Shown one piece after another: positions 9,901 through 17,629 of a stretch of 62,761 nucleotides of DNA (the stretch's first letter is position 1; each line of letters opens with the position of its first letter). The stretch is from a virus. The notes beneath the pieces were generated by a model that did no database searches, had not been told where the DNA came from, and was given only the letters and a program-made list of their open reading frames with translations. The DNA is taken from positions 1 through 62,761 of IMG/VR virus record IMGVR_UViG_3300044769_000128. One strand, given 5' to 3'. The position numbers were made by a program, and so were the translations under genes.

Positions 9901-11942
9901 GGCAACGCACCGACGTCAAGCTCAAGAAACAAATCATGGATCTCGAGCGCAAGGGCGACGCTGCCAGCGCGGTCGAAGCGGACAGGTTAAAAAAGGATCT
10001 CAAAACATACGAGCGTCGTGCGGCCTTCGCAGGCAAGACCTTCGAGTCGCTGACACCCGACGAGCAATCCCAATACCTCCGCGGGCGCATGTGGTTTGAC
10101 CGCAACATCAGCGAGCCGATGGGGTTCGATCCCTACGACTCAATCTCGGACTACTTCCCGCACATGCGCGAATTCATCGAGACCGGGAGAACCATCGAGA
10201 TCAAAGTCGGCGACGAGGGGAGAATCCCTAAGACGTTGGCGGATTCGGTGTCGCAACGAGTCTTGGGCTGGATGGAAAAGCCGCGTACCGTCGACGCGCC
10301 CGCGGAACATTACGACCTCGACGCCATCTACGGACTCATCAACGGCGTATCGCGCCGGATCGGGCTCTCGGGCGGCATGGACCCGCGCTTTGGCACTCCC
10401 GTCGAGGGCCTGCTGAAGCGACTCAATCCCGTGCTCGAAGCGCTGTCCAAAGAAGAACCGGCGCTGATCCCGCACGCCAAGCGCATGATCGAGCGCGTTC
10501 TCGGTCACGCCGAGCGGCCGGAATCGCCGATGACCGACCTCATTCTACAAACTCAAGCGCTGCGCACCATGGGCGGGCGGCTGATGCCGGTGGTCAAGAA
10601 CCATTTTCAAAAACTCAATACGTTTGTCGACAACGGGCCTAAAGCCGCGATCCAAGGCTTTCGCGATATGTATGACCCGAAGCGCCGCGCCATTGCCAGG
10701 GCGGCCGGAGCGGATTTTGACGAGGGCGCGCTACTCGCCGACATCGATATGGTCAAAGAGGGCGATACGTGGGTCCACCGTCGAGGCCGCGACGCGCGCC
10801 ACATTAACGACTATGCGATGTGGGGCATGAAGTGGTCCGAGGGGTCAAACCAAGTCCACGCCTTCTTGTCCGCGCTCCGCAAGGGCGAGGAACTTTACGG
10901 CAGGGCGACCCCGGAAGCGATTAGCTACGCGCGCAAGAGCCAATCGCGGACGCAATTCGGCCGGCCGTCCTCGATGATCGAAATGGCGCAGACGTCCAAC
11001 CCAGGACGGATAGCGTTCCAACTCAAAAGATTTTCGCTGGCGCAAATCGACTTCATGCAGAATCAATTAAAAGACCCGGTCAAGGCAGCGCGACTTCTCG
11101 GTGGCATGATGGCACTGTACGGCGCCGATGGTTTTCACGTCGGATGGGACGATGACATCCGCAAACACCTTTGGAAAAACTGGCCGGGCGGCATCTTCGG
11201 CGCCATGGGCACGGCAATCTCCGATGACGTTTCGATCTTTCCCAGCGACGTGGTGCGCAGTTTCGGATTCTTTATGCCTGGGCCGTTCGCGTCGATGTGG
11301 TTCGATGGCTTGAGCGCCGCGACCGGCAAGTCGATGAATCCATTCGAGAAGGGCATCGACGTTGGCAGCCCGCTCTCACCCGAGCAGCGCATGAGCAAAG
11401 GCGTTCGCGCCTTCCCAGGTGGCGGCGTGTGGCTCAACGCGGCGCGTAAATTTCACAACGACATGAAATCCATCAACGCCAACCGAGGCGACATTCTCGA
11501 GCCCGTCGATTGGACAGAGGCGGCCGGCTGGAACGCCGCGACTGGTCCCAAGAAGGCGCCTCGTAGCAAGACGGAACTGTTTGGCTCTTTCCTCGGCATT
11601 CAATCCGCCAAACGGCGCGATGAATTCGAGCAGGGACGCGAGTTGGCCGATATCCGCCAAGAGGAAATCCGAGTCAAGCGCGACGCCGCCGACCTGTACG
11701 TCTCGGCCCAGATCGCGAGACAGCGCGGCGACCAGGAGCGCGGCAACCAGCAAACGCTTGATGCGAGACAGATGATTAAGGACTTCAATACCCGCTACAA
11801 AGGCGCACGGATCAAGCTCACCCAAGACTTGATCGATCAAGCCCGCAAGCGCCGCCGCTACACGCCCGCAGAACGACAGAGGCAAAGCCTGCCGAAGGAT
11901 ATCCGCGGCATCGAAGAAGCCCGGCCACCGCCTGAAGAATAA
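6912..11942 (+). CDS. Giant virion protein (1676 aa) with N-terminal lytic transglycosylase / phage-tail-lysozyme-like domain
   Basis: N-terminus GIISNIQRESGFNPAAMGDQGTAHGLFQHRLDR fits the ESGFxP...G.FQ lysozyme/SLT-like motif. Long Pro-rich spacer. The size resembles ejection or core proteins. Confidence 0.75.
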   Translation: MAWIIEGDAAPPPPPQSINPDLISQELRRRGLSDAHAQGIISNIQRESGFNPAAMGDQGTAHGLFQHRLDRADALKKTVPDWQTNWMGQVDFALNEPEGKAYQAQQFANPAAATTWFKDKFERPAGTAAPSQGRWVIEDAPKVTAPKAPQSDYQKRAEILRESYKYKTTPADPAAFLFPPETREPSPLVAQATEFGKQIGPALLQSLAPPKTRETSPLVTDFGKQLGPAAWSGVQTISQAIAPWVTPFPGIVNPALGALDQKIASATGTQPPAPVPAGPKDMSALNPMPEAVTSLFQAGQQIAQKVGLGKEFDALTNMYPVYGPMSAVVPAAQWAKSKMPGAKAPPAPPPRPFGAEPSFVDELPKPKPPAPPPAPEAKPIELREADVVAPSGPMQPEAPKPPIAFKNVPADPLEHYLRTGERPVGLPPEQKARIMASEGLRRQVANGKISVDEAVARSKGIAGDFTEADATAMAQREGDILREQAPPKPPPVAPAVAKVAEVAPQEPPLKPPESPVAASAVEPAQSLAPPPVAQPAAKGARRKRASQAQPEENLSLSQWTKNNGGAPAQELRGEARRLMREKNVPGMWSNDPDYSLNELAEMAHAQGFIDAPETPAYLAALRDDLTGKPVLSAHREGFQSGVEQQTKAEFRKQDIADIYDAVERIERTDQGYKDLLALAESGSPAVKEAARRQLLKLWPDIFEDTPPVFTSPKEPPEVSAEVVRRGEEAKLAEPSDFKPVQADRPMVNRKGEKLVGQRKDQMPAVGPPDDFRLTSEVTAPPPKPGEKQGELAGVASAETGRKVPEGATKGTRQQSAKPTELEKIVADAEEKANQFVLKETNSTLAPEEMDALLKAAKNNPRGGVGVPGEPLFIKGKDLRDLEYDYAKAVTAKLPVDATGGDPIWLTRKKVAFNKGTGVQSLLPNSLVYRGVKAGEKMLEVIDEHPDQVRGIRNYLRETAKDTFEPITNPNVWKLWDMPGARAWAEDHIQFGPNTGGWQRTDVKLKKQIMDLERKGDAASAVEADRLKKDLKTYERRAAFAGKTFESLTPDEQSQYLRGRMWFDRNISEPMGFDPYDSISDYFPHMREFIETGRTIEIKVGDEGRIPKTLADSVSQRVLGWMEKPRTVDAPAEHYDLDAIYGLINGVSRRIGLSGGMDPRFGTPVEGLLKRLNPVLEALSKEEPALIPHAKRMIERVLGHAERPESPMTDLILQTQALRTMGGRLMPVVKNHFQKLNTFVDNGPKAAIQGFRDMYDPKRRAIARAAGADFDEGALLADIDMVKEGDTWVHRRGRDARHINDYAMWGMKWSEGSNQVHAFLSALRKGEELYGRATPEAISYARKSQSRTQFGRPSSMIEMAQTSNPGRIAFQLKRFSLAQIDFMQNQLKDPVKAARLLGGMMALYGADGFHVGWDDDIRKHLWKNWPGGIFGAMGTAISDDVSIFPSDVVRSFGFFMPGPFASMWFDGLSAATGKSMNPFEKGIDVGSPLSPEQRMSKGVRAFPGGGVWLNAARKFHNDMKSINANRGDILEPVDWTEAAGWNAATGPKKAPRSKTELFGSFLGIQSAKRRDEFEQGRELADIRQEEIRVKRDAADLYVSAQIARQRGDQERGNQQTLDARQMIKDFNTRYKGARIKLTQDLIDQARKRRRYTPAERQRQSLPKDIRGIEEARPPPEE

Positions 11943-11948
11943 TACCGC

Positions 11949-11984
11949 TTGACAGATTCGTGCAGATGTACTACATATCTGCAC
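11949..11984 (+). promoter_or_regulatory. TTGACA box plus 8-bp-stem hairpin between the late block and the recombination block
   Basis: TTGACA at 11949. GTGCAGAT...ATCTGCAC stem at 11960..11984, directly before the ATG at 11985. No clear -10 box or T-run. Confidence 0.25.
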
Positions 11985-12185
11985 ATGAAGAAAAAACACC
12001 GCACCGTTGTTGATGTTCTTATCTCCGATTACGGGATGAGAATCGAAGAAATCGCCACCACCGTGAAAGCCTCGGCAAGTGCCGTGCGTAATTGGCGCCA
12101 GGGGCAAGAGCCTCGCCCCATTTATCGCGACATGCTCAAAGAAATTCTCGAAGCAAAGCGTGACGTACAAAAGGCGCAACAATGA
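11985..12185 (+). CDS. Small putative DNA-binding (HTH-like) protein
   Basis: 66 aa. Segment RIEEIATTVKASASAVRNWRQG looks like a helix-turn-helix. Confidence 0.45.
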   Translation: MKKKHRTVVDVLISDYGMRIEEIATTVKASASAVRNWRQGQEPRPIYRDMLKEILEAKRDVQKAQQ

Positions 12186-12337
12186 GAACCGCGGTCCCTA
12201 TGCTCATCGGCTTTGCGATCTCCCACGTTATTCACCAATGGTGGACGGGGGCGCGCGATTGGAGCGGAGCCTTCGGCTTGTGGTTTTGGCAAGCGAGCGC
12301 GGTGATGACTTACGTGTTTTTATTGTGGCTGGATTAG
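12182..12337 (+). CDS. Small membrane protein (51 aa)
   Basis: ATG overlaps the upstream TGA (ATGA). Two hydrophobic stretches. Below the ORF-track cutoff. Confidence 0.45.
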   Translation: MRTAVPMLIGFAISHVIHQWWTGARDWSGAFGLWFWQASAVMTYVFLLWLD

Positions 12338-12346
12338 GAGTAACCG

Positions 12347-12508
12347 ATGGAACCGATTCAGATCAAAAAGCCCGAGTGGGAGCGAATCTTTAGCTCATCG
12401 CCGGTCAACGAAGATGAACTGCCGCACGGCAAGTGGGCTTGGCCAAAATGTACCTGGTTTCGTAAACGCCTAGCGCGGGTGCGGGCGGAGGAGATCGAAC
12501 GTGGCTAA
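12347..12508 (+). CDS. Small hypothetical protein (53 aa)
   Basis: GGAG 7 nt upstream of the ATG. Its end overlaps the GTG start of the next gene. Confidence 0.45.
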   Translation: MEPIQIKKPEWERIFSSSPVNEDELPHGKWAWPKCTWFRKRLARVRAEEIERG

Positions 12509-12716
12509 ATACAAAGGTGGTCTCGCATTCCCAGGTCCCATGCCGGGGCAATATGGTATGACCCTGCGCGAATGGTACGCGGGCATGGCGCTACAGAGCG
12601 TCATAAATGATTGGAGTACGGGTTGGACTAAAGCCGCCGTAAGAGAAATCGCGAGAGGCGCCTTTGAAATTGCGGACGCAATGATCGCCGAGGACGAAAA
12701 GAGTAGGGAAAATTAA
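12501..12716 (+). CDS. Hypothetical protein
   Basis: 71 aa with a GTG start. Balanced composition. Confidence 0.55.
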   Translation: MAKYKGGLAFPGPMPGQYGMTLREWYAGMALQSVINDWSTGWTKAAVREIARGAFEIADAMIAEDEKSREN

Positions 12717-12728
12717 CAGGAGGACAGC

Positions 12729-13721
12729 ATGGAGAATAACGGACAAGAGATAGCGATACCGGGAGCAGCCCCGGCCAACCTACGCGAGCAGGGCGCCGCG
12801 GCGTTGAGCAATCACGCGCTCGATATGTCGCCGGCGCAAGTCGAACTACTCAAGCGCACGATCTGCCACGGTGCGACCGACGATGAATTGCAACTGTTCT
12901 TGCACGTCTGCAAGCGTACCGGACTCGATCCGTTTGCGCGGCAAATCTACGCGGTCAAGCGCTGGGATGGCAGATTGAAGCGCGACGTGATGGGGATTCA
13001 AACCTCCATCGACGGGTTCCGCCTGATCGCCGAACGGTCGGAGAAGTATGCCGGCCAACTCGGGCCGTTCTGGTGCGGCGAGGATGGTGTGTGGAAAGAC
13101 GTATGGCTATCGTCCAAGCCGCCGTTTGCGGCCAAGGTGGCAGCGCTGCGCCATGACTTCACCGAACCGTGTTGGGCAGTGGCTCGCTTCGAGGCTTATG
13201 CTCAACGGGGTGCGAACGGATTGTTCCCGATATGGCAGAAAATGTTCGACCTGATGATTGCCAAGTGCGCCGAGGCGCTCGCGCTGCGCAAGGCGTTCCC
13301 GCAGGAACTGTCGGGACTCTATACCGCTGACGAGATGGGACAAGCGAGTAACGAAGCGGACGAAGCGCCACCGCCGCCCAAGGAAGCCAAGCCCGCGGCA
13401 CCGCCGCCCAAGGAAACCAAGTTGTCGGCGCAGCACCCGGCCATCAACCAAGCGCGGCCACAACCGCAGCCGGAGCAATCCGAGTTCGGCTTCTCCTACA
13501 AGCAAGGGCTATGGGATGCGCTCAAAGCGTACAAGGGGAACAACCGCGATGCTGGGGACTTGTGCAAGGAACTCACCGGCAAAGCCTTCTTCACGGCCTT
13601 AACAGAAGATGAAGCCAAAGAGGGATTGAAGAAGTTTCAAGAGCAGTACCAACAAACGCCGATCGAGGATGCGCAGGTAAGTCAACTTGGCGAACATGGC
13701 ATAGGAAAATCGTACCTGTAA
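12729..13721 (+). CDS. RecT/Redbeta-family single-strand annealing protein
   Basis: [30 protein letters not shown]...[11 protein letters not shown] matches the conserved Bet/RecT core as I recall it. An exonuclease gene lies downstream. Confidence 0.8.
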   Translation: MENNGQEIAIPGAAPANLREQGAAALSNHALDMSPAQVELLKRTICHGATDDELQLFLHVCKRTGLDPFARQIYAVKRWDGRLKRDVMGIQTSIDGFRLIAERSEKYAGQLGPFWCGEDGVWKDVWLSSKPPFAAKVAALRHDFTEPCWAVARFEAYAQRGANGLFPIWQKMFDLMIAKCAEALALRKAFPQELSGLYTADEMGQASNEADEAPPPPKEAKPAAPPPKETKLSAQHPAINQARPQPQPEQSEFGFSYKQGLWDALKAYKGNNRDAGDLCKELTGKAFFTALTEDEAKEGLKKFQEQYQQTPIEDAQVSQLGEHGIGKSYL

Positions 13722-13756
13722 AGATCAACCAGCTAACTTACGGAGGAGCCGACCAA

Positions 13757-14077
13757 ATGTTCGACAAGTTCGAAGCGCGCTGCAAGCTAGGGTGGAAAAG
13801 CTGCTACAAGATGCTCGACTATCAGTATGCAGCGCACCACGAACGCTTGAAGCGCTATCTCGCGTCATTGCCTCGCGAGTTGATGTGTCAGGAATGCGGC
13901 GGGAGTGGCCGTTACGTCGAGGATAAAATCGACTATTACACAATATGGGGCTCATGCGGCTGGTGCGAAGGTCTCGGTATTGTGCCGCCGCATATTCGCG
14001 GGCTGTGGCTGCAATATAAACGACAGGAAAGATACGAAAGGAAGCCGACCAATGGGATTACAAATCTTAAAGAATAG
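13757..14077 (+). CDS. Small protein with DnaJ-type CxxCxGxG zinc-finger motifs
   Basis: CQECGGSG and CGWCEGLG motifs in a 106-aa ORF. Confidence 0.55.
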   Translation: MFDKFEARCKLGWKSCYKMLDYQYAAHHERLKRYLASLPRELMCQECGGSGRYVEDKIDYYTIWGSCGWCEGLGIVPPHIRGLWLQYKRQERYERKPTNGITNLKE

Positions 14078-14378
14078 AGCCGAGGACACCGCATGTTTCT
14101 ACACGTCCGTTACCGATTGGGCCTTCGGGCCTATCGCCCGCGGCGAGGATGCCGAGGCACAGCTGATCGTGTTTACCGAATGGCTCGAGGCTCGGCCGGA
14201 ACATTACGACGACTACGAGTTGGCACGGCTGTGGAGTAAGTTCGGTGCGGAGTACCTGCCGGGGTTCAAATCGTGGATGGCTGACAGATATGAGGAGATC
14301 GATTGGAATAACGTCAAGCAATGGACGAGCGACTACCAACAAGCGCTCGAGGAATCGCACGCAGGGGGTGCAGTTTGA
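14052..14378 (+). CDS. Hypothetical protein
   Basis: Internal ATG at 14052 of track ORF 13905... 108 aa, acidic. Confidence 0.55.
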   Translation: MGLQILKNRAEDTACFYTSVTDWAFGPIARGEDAEAQLIVFTEWLEARPEHYDDYELARLWSKFGAEYLPGFKSWMADRYEEIDWNNVKQWTSDYQQALEESHAGGAV

Positions 14379-14740
14379 AATACACAAACAAGCTCGGACT
14401 GCCGGCGCCGCTGGCGTCCGCGGTGATCCGCGACACGTACCAAAAGGTCGGCGACTTGAGCGTCACGGCGCTCATCATGCCGCCGCGGAAGCGTATCCTC
14501 GAGAAGCGCCACGACGAGGAGATCAGCGTCGACGTCTCCGATCAGCTGTGGATGCTGCTGGGCTCGTCGGTCCATGCGGTCTTGGAGCGTGCCGATACCA
14601 GCGGGCACTTGGCCGAGGAGCGCATGACCGTATGTGTCGGCGATGCTATGCTCTCTGGACAACCGGACCTGCTGGAACGTCACGTGGTTTATAGTTGCCC
14701 CTGCTGTCATAAGGAAGCAGATGCCCCACAAGAAGAATAG
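14375..14740 (+). CDS. PD-(D/E)XK recombination exonuclease, N-terminal fragment (carries the PD motif)
   Basis: TTG at 14375 overlaps the upstream TGA. LSVTALIMPPRKRILEKRH...GSSVHAVLE...LSGQPDLLE is typical of phage Cas4-like exonucleases. It then runs into a non-homologous tail, VVYSCPCCHKEADAPQEE. Confidence 0.7.
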   Translation: MKYTNKLGLPAPLASAVIRDTYQKVGDLSVTALIMPPRKRILEKRHDEEISVDVSDQLWMLLGSSVHAVLERADTSGHLAEERMTVCVGDAMLSGQPDLLERHVVYSCPCCHKEADAPQEE

Positions 14741-15180
14741 AGCGGGAGTGACTTGCAAGTGGTGCGGGACGACGGTCGAGGTTGTCGCGAGCCGCGTGGC
14801 GGGCTTTTCTTATTGCTCACGAAGTTGCTGGGCGATCGCGAGTAATACTGGCAGAACTGTGTCTGAAGAAACTAAGAATAGAATGTCTCTTACAAAGAAG
14901 CTTCAAAACCGCAAGCGAGAACGAAGCGGAAATTGGAAGGGCGGGTTCACCGTCGATTCACTCGGGTATGTGAGAAATAATTTAGCGGGCAAGTATGAAC
15001 ATCGGCGAGTCATGGAAGAATCGTTGGGGCGATCCTTAACCGCGGCCGAAATTGTTCATCATATCAACGGCGATCGATCCGATAATGATCCGAGTAACCT
15101 TTGCATTATGAGTCGGAGCGAACACGCGAAGCATCATTGGGAGGAACACCGTCATGCAATGCGAAGAATGTAAGGTCGAA
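14681..15180 (+). mobile_element. Inserted HNH-endonuclease element interrupting the exonuclease gene (approximate boundaries)
   Basis: It lies between the PD codons (14663..14668) and the DYK codons (15211..15219) of one nuclease fold. Its composition differs from the flanks. Confidence 0.55.
14721..15173 (+). CDS. HNH homing endonuclease
   Basis: HHINGDRSDNDPSNLCIMSRSEHAKHH motif. N-terminal CxxC...CxxxC. AAGGAAG RBS. Visibly lower GC than the flanks. Confidence 0.85.
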   Translation: MPHKKNRAGVTCKWCGTTVEVVASRVAGFSYCSRSCWAIASNTGRTVSEETKNRMSLTKKLQNRKRERSGNWKGGFTVDSLGYVRNNLAGKYEHRRVMEESLGRSLTAAEIVHHINGDRSDNDPSNLCIMSRSEHAKHHWEEHRHAMRRM

Positions 15181-15762
15181 ATGGTGAAGGGTGAGGAATA
15201 TATTCTCAGCGATTATAAAGTCACGAGCACCTATTCCTTCTTACTCGGAGAGAAGATCGAATGGACACAGCAAATTCAGGCATACGCTTGGCTTTATCGC
15301 CAGCATGGCTTTGAAGTAAAGAAAGCACGTATCGTCGCGCTGCTCCGCGATTGGATGGCGTCTCGCGCCGAGACCGATCCCGGCTATCCGCAAAGCGGCG
15401 TTATCGTCAAGGAAATTCCCTTATGGTCAGCCAACGAACAAGAGCGCTACGTCTACGAGCGGGTCGCGCTGCACATGGACTCGGAAGCGCTCAAGGATGA
15501 TGAGTTGGAAGTGTGCTCCGCAACCGAGCGCTGGCAAAAAGCCGACTCGTGGGCGGTCAAGAAGAAGGGCAACAAGCGGGCGACCAAGGTATTCGACAGC
15601 GCGGCCGCGGCTCAAGAGATGGCCGAGAGCAATGCGACGTTCGAGGTCGAGCACCGGCCGGGACAATCGCTGCGTTGCCTGCGGTACTGCAACGCTGCGC
15701 CGTTCTGCTCGTATGCAAAAGGGCTGGCGGTCGTGGATGAACTGATCGCCGCGGAGGGGTAA
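15154..15762 (+). CDS. PD-(D/E)XK recombination exonuclease, C-terminal fragment (DxK motif plus C-terminal Cys cluster)
   Basis: YILSDYKVTS...EWTQQIQAYAWLYR...IVALLRDW...CLRYCNAAPFC. The start is ATG 15154 (overlapping the HNH end) or ATG 15181. Confidence 0.75.
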   Translation: MQCEECKVEMVKGEEYILSDYKVTSTYSFLLGEKIEWTQQIQAYAWLYRQHGFEVKKARIVALLRDWMASRAETDPGYPQSGVIVKEIPLWSANEQERYVYERVALHMDSEALKDDELEVCSATERWQKADSWAVKKKGNKRATKVFDSAAAAQEMAESNATFEVEHRPGQSLRCLRYCNAAPFCSYAKGLAVVDELIAAEG

Positions 15763-15763
15763 C

Positions 15764-16045
15764 ATGGAAGCCGAAGGCCCGCGCCAAGAGCGGGAAACAA
15801 TCCTGAACTACAACGAAGGCGACGAGAACTGCTCGATCTGGACAGCCTCGGGTATCGTTTACCGCAACCTGATGAAGCGGCTCGGGCCGGAATATCTGGT
15901 CGAGGATGGCCCGCGGCATGCCATCTTTGTGTTCCCGGCCAAATGGGTGCGCTTGCCGTCAAAACGGGTGATTAAGGCCATGTCGGAGGCCCAAAAGGCT
16001 GCTCTGGCCAAAGGAACGGCGTTGCGTCGCCAAAAGAGCGAGTAG
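15764..16045 (+). CDS. Hypothetical protein
   Basis: 93-aa ORF whose ATG lies 1 nt after the upstream stop. Confidence 0.6.
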   Translation: MEAEGPRQERETILNYNEGDENCSIWTASGIVYRNLMKRLGPEYLVEDGPRHAIFVFPAKWVRLPSKRVIKAMSEAQKAALAKGTALRRQKSE

Positions 16046-16068
16046 GACGATGGCTCCTGAGAACAAAC

Positions 16069-16161
16069 GCGGGATTTGAGGCATATCTAACATCGCTAGA
16101 ATCGACAGCTGGGGCCGACCAATGCGGGATTTAACGCACATGGGCAATTCGATGGTAGAAT
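16069..16161 (+). promoter_or_regulatory. Tandem promoter-like units: GCGGGATTT followed by TAGAAT, twice
   Basis: GCGGGATTT at 16069 and 16124. TAGAAT at 16097 and 16156. Located in the 174-bp gap upstream of the 16220 gene. Confidence 0.3.
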
Positions 16162-16219
16162 GTATTTATCTGGTGGTGTTTTTTGGCGTGGTCTTGGCGA
16201 TTCTGTTTCTGGCGCTGAC

Positions 16220-16606
16220 ATGAGCTACCGCTATACGCAGCAGGACGTCAAGGACATTCTCGCGCGCAATCAGCCGAGCAAAAGCAAGTACGGCAACAAA
16301 AAGGTCGTCGTCGATAACATCGGCTTCGACTCCAAGCGGGAAGCGGCCCGCTACAACGAGCTCAAGCTGATGGCCGGCGCGGGACTCATCAGCGATTTGG
16401 TGTGCCATCCGGCTTACGTAATCAAGATCAACGGCATTCATATTTGCGACGTGATCCTGGATTTCCGCTACTATGATTTGCAAAAACGGGTGACAGAATC
16501 AGCAATAGTGATCGAGGACGTCAAGGGCAAGGACAACGATCTGTCCCGGCTCAAGCGCAAATTGGTGGAAGCGCAATATGGTTTCAAGGTAACGCTGGTG
16601 AAGTAA
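16220..16606 (+). CDS. DUF1064-like PD-(D/E)XK nuclease (Holliday-junction-resolvase-like)
   Basis: KYGNKKVVVDNIGFDSKREAARYNELKL...VILDFRY...IEDVKGK matches the DUF1064 pattern as I recall it. Confidence 0.7.
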   Translation: MSYRYTQQDVKDILARNQPSKSKYGNKKVVVDNIGFDSKREAARYNELKLMAGAGLISDLVCHPAYVIKINGIHICDVILDFRYYDLQKRVTESAIVIEDVKGKDNDLSRLKRKLVEAQYGFKVTLVK

Positions 16607-17130
16607 TGTCATTCAGTCCCTATCACTGCCCCCGCTGTGGCACCGAGGTTATATTCAAGCGAATGCTCACGGTCGAGGAGGCGGCCGCGATGGCCGGCGT
16701 GAAGCCAACCACCATCATCGATTGGATTCACCAGCACAAGCTCCGCTACCGATTGTTTTCCTACGGGCCAAAAGGGTTGCGCAAAAGGATCGATACCGTC
16801 GATCTAATCGAATGGCTAAACAAATTGTACCCGTACCCCGAGATGCTCAACCCCGACAGGTGGGATCACCGAAAGTATTTGAAGCGCAACGAGGATCTGC
16901 GCAAGGCAAGGATAGTTCAGGCGAGGCTCCGCGCGGAACGCAAGTCAGCCACCCAACAAACAAGTCAGCTACCCAACAAACAAACAATCAGCGGGCCGGC
17001 CGCGCCGGCATCGAGTCCGGCAGACCAATCGCCTCCACCCGAAGATCAATCTGGTGCGGATCAAGCTGCCGAGCAATCGACGCGCACTGATGACACACCA
17101 GCAAGTCGAGATATTTCTTCCCAGCGGTAG
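16606..17130 (+). CDS. Zinc-ribbon plus excisionase/MerR-like HTH DNA-binding protein with low-complexity tail
   Basis: CPRCG, then LTVEEAAAMAGVKPTTIIDWIHQHKL (HTH_17-like). Confidence 0.6.
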   Translation: MSFSPYHCPRCGTEVIFKRMLTVEEAAAMAGVKPTTIIDWIHQHKLRYRLFSYGPKGLRKRIDTVDLIEWLNKLYPYPEMLNPDRWDHRKYLKRNEDLRKARIVQARLRAERKSATQQTSQLPNKQTISGPAAPASSPADQSPPPEDQSGADQAAEQSTRTDDTPASRDISSQR

Positions 17131-17137
17131 AGGTGAC

Positions 17138-17169
17138 ACGCCAGCGGAGCTCTGAGAGCTCCGTGGCGT
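17138..17169. terminator. Hairpin between convergent transcription units (candidate bidirectional terminator)
   Basis: ACGCCA-G-CGGAGCTC-TGA-GAGCTCCG-TGGCGT gives a 14-bp stem with one bulge. There is no U-run on either strand. Confidence 0.5.
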
Positions 17170-17189
17170 TGCAGCGTTGGCAAAGTTCT

Positions 17190-17549
17190 TTAAGTTTCTT
17201 CATCGTCGTCCTCGTCCTCAAGGTCGTTCGGGTCGCGTACCTGATAGCCGTTGTCATTAAGTAGCGTGGCGATATCCTCCAACGTGTCGGAGTCCCATTC
17301 TACGCCGTCGAGCAATTCCTGGATTGCCATGAGCAGGTCAACGTCGCCCATTCGCTGCGGATCATCTGGGTAAACATGAAAAGCCTCGAAGGGGCATCGC
17401 GCAGCCGGAGCGGGAGTCATGTGTGTGATGACGCCATCGTCCCATGATAGCCCGCAGGCGCCGCAAGTGGATCGGTCCTTGGCCTCGGCCTCGTCTGAAA
17501 TTGGCTTAACTGGAAAGTCCTTCGGAATATCGCTTGCTTTGAGTTTCAT
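17190..17549 (-). CDS. Highly acidic small protein with Cys motif
   Basis: 119 aa, about a quarter D/E. C-terminus DLEDEDDDEET. CGACG...C motif. Confidence 0.65.
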   Translation of the reverse strand: MKLKASDIPKDFPVKPISDEAEAKDRSTCGACGLSWDDGVITHMTPAPAARCPFEAFHVYPDDPQRMGDVDLLMAIQELLDGVEWDSDTLEDIATLLNDNGYQVRDPNDLEDEDDDEET

Positions 17550-17629
17550 CGGTCGGTCCTCCTACAGCATGAGTTGATAAAGTGCCGCGGCGCTAACCGC
17601 GGCGATAAGTGCCCAAAATAGGCGGGGGA

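Noticed and set aside
3969-11942. Four consecutive genes (3969, 4668, 5214, 6912) all lie in the same reading frame, separated only by single stops. This raised the question of a read-through polyprotein.
   Set aside because: Each downstream ORF begins with its own ATG immediately or 9 nt after the stop, two of the three stops are TAA, and 5214 has a GGAG RBS. Ordinary translational coupling explains it. Three same-frame junctions in a row are not very improbable.
12079-12393. 104-aa plus-strand track ORF overlapping the end of the 11985 gene.
   Set aside because: It has Arg-rich composition and no RBS. The interval is better covered by two coupled small ORFs (12182..12337 and 12347..12508).
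14375-15762. Intein as the explanation for the interrupted exonuclease.
   Set aside because: The N-fragment, the HNH ORF and the C-fragment are in three different frames with stops between them, and no intein splice-junction residues are evident.
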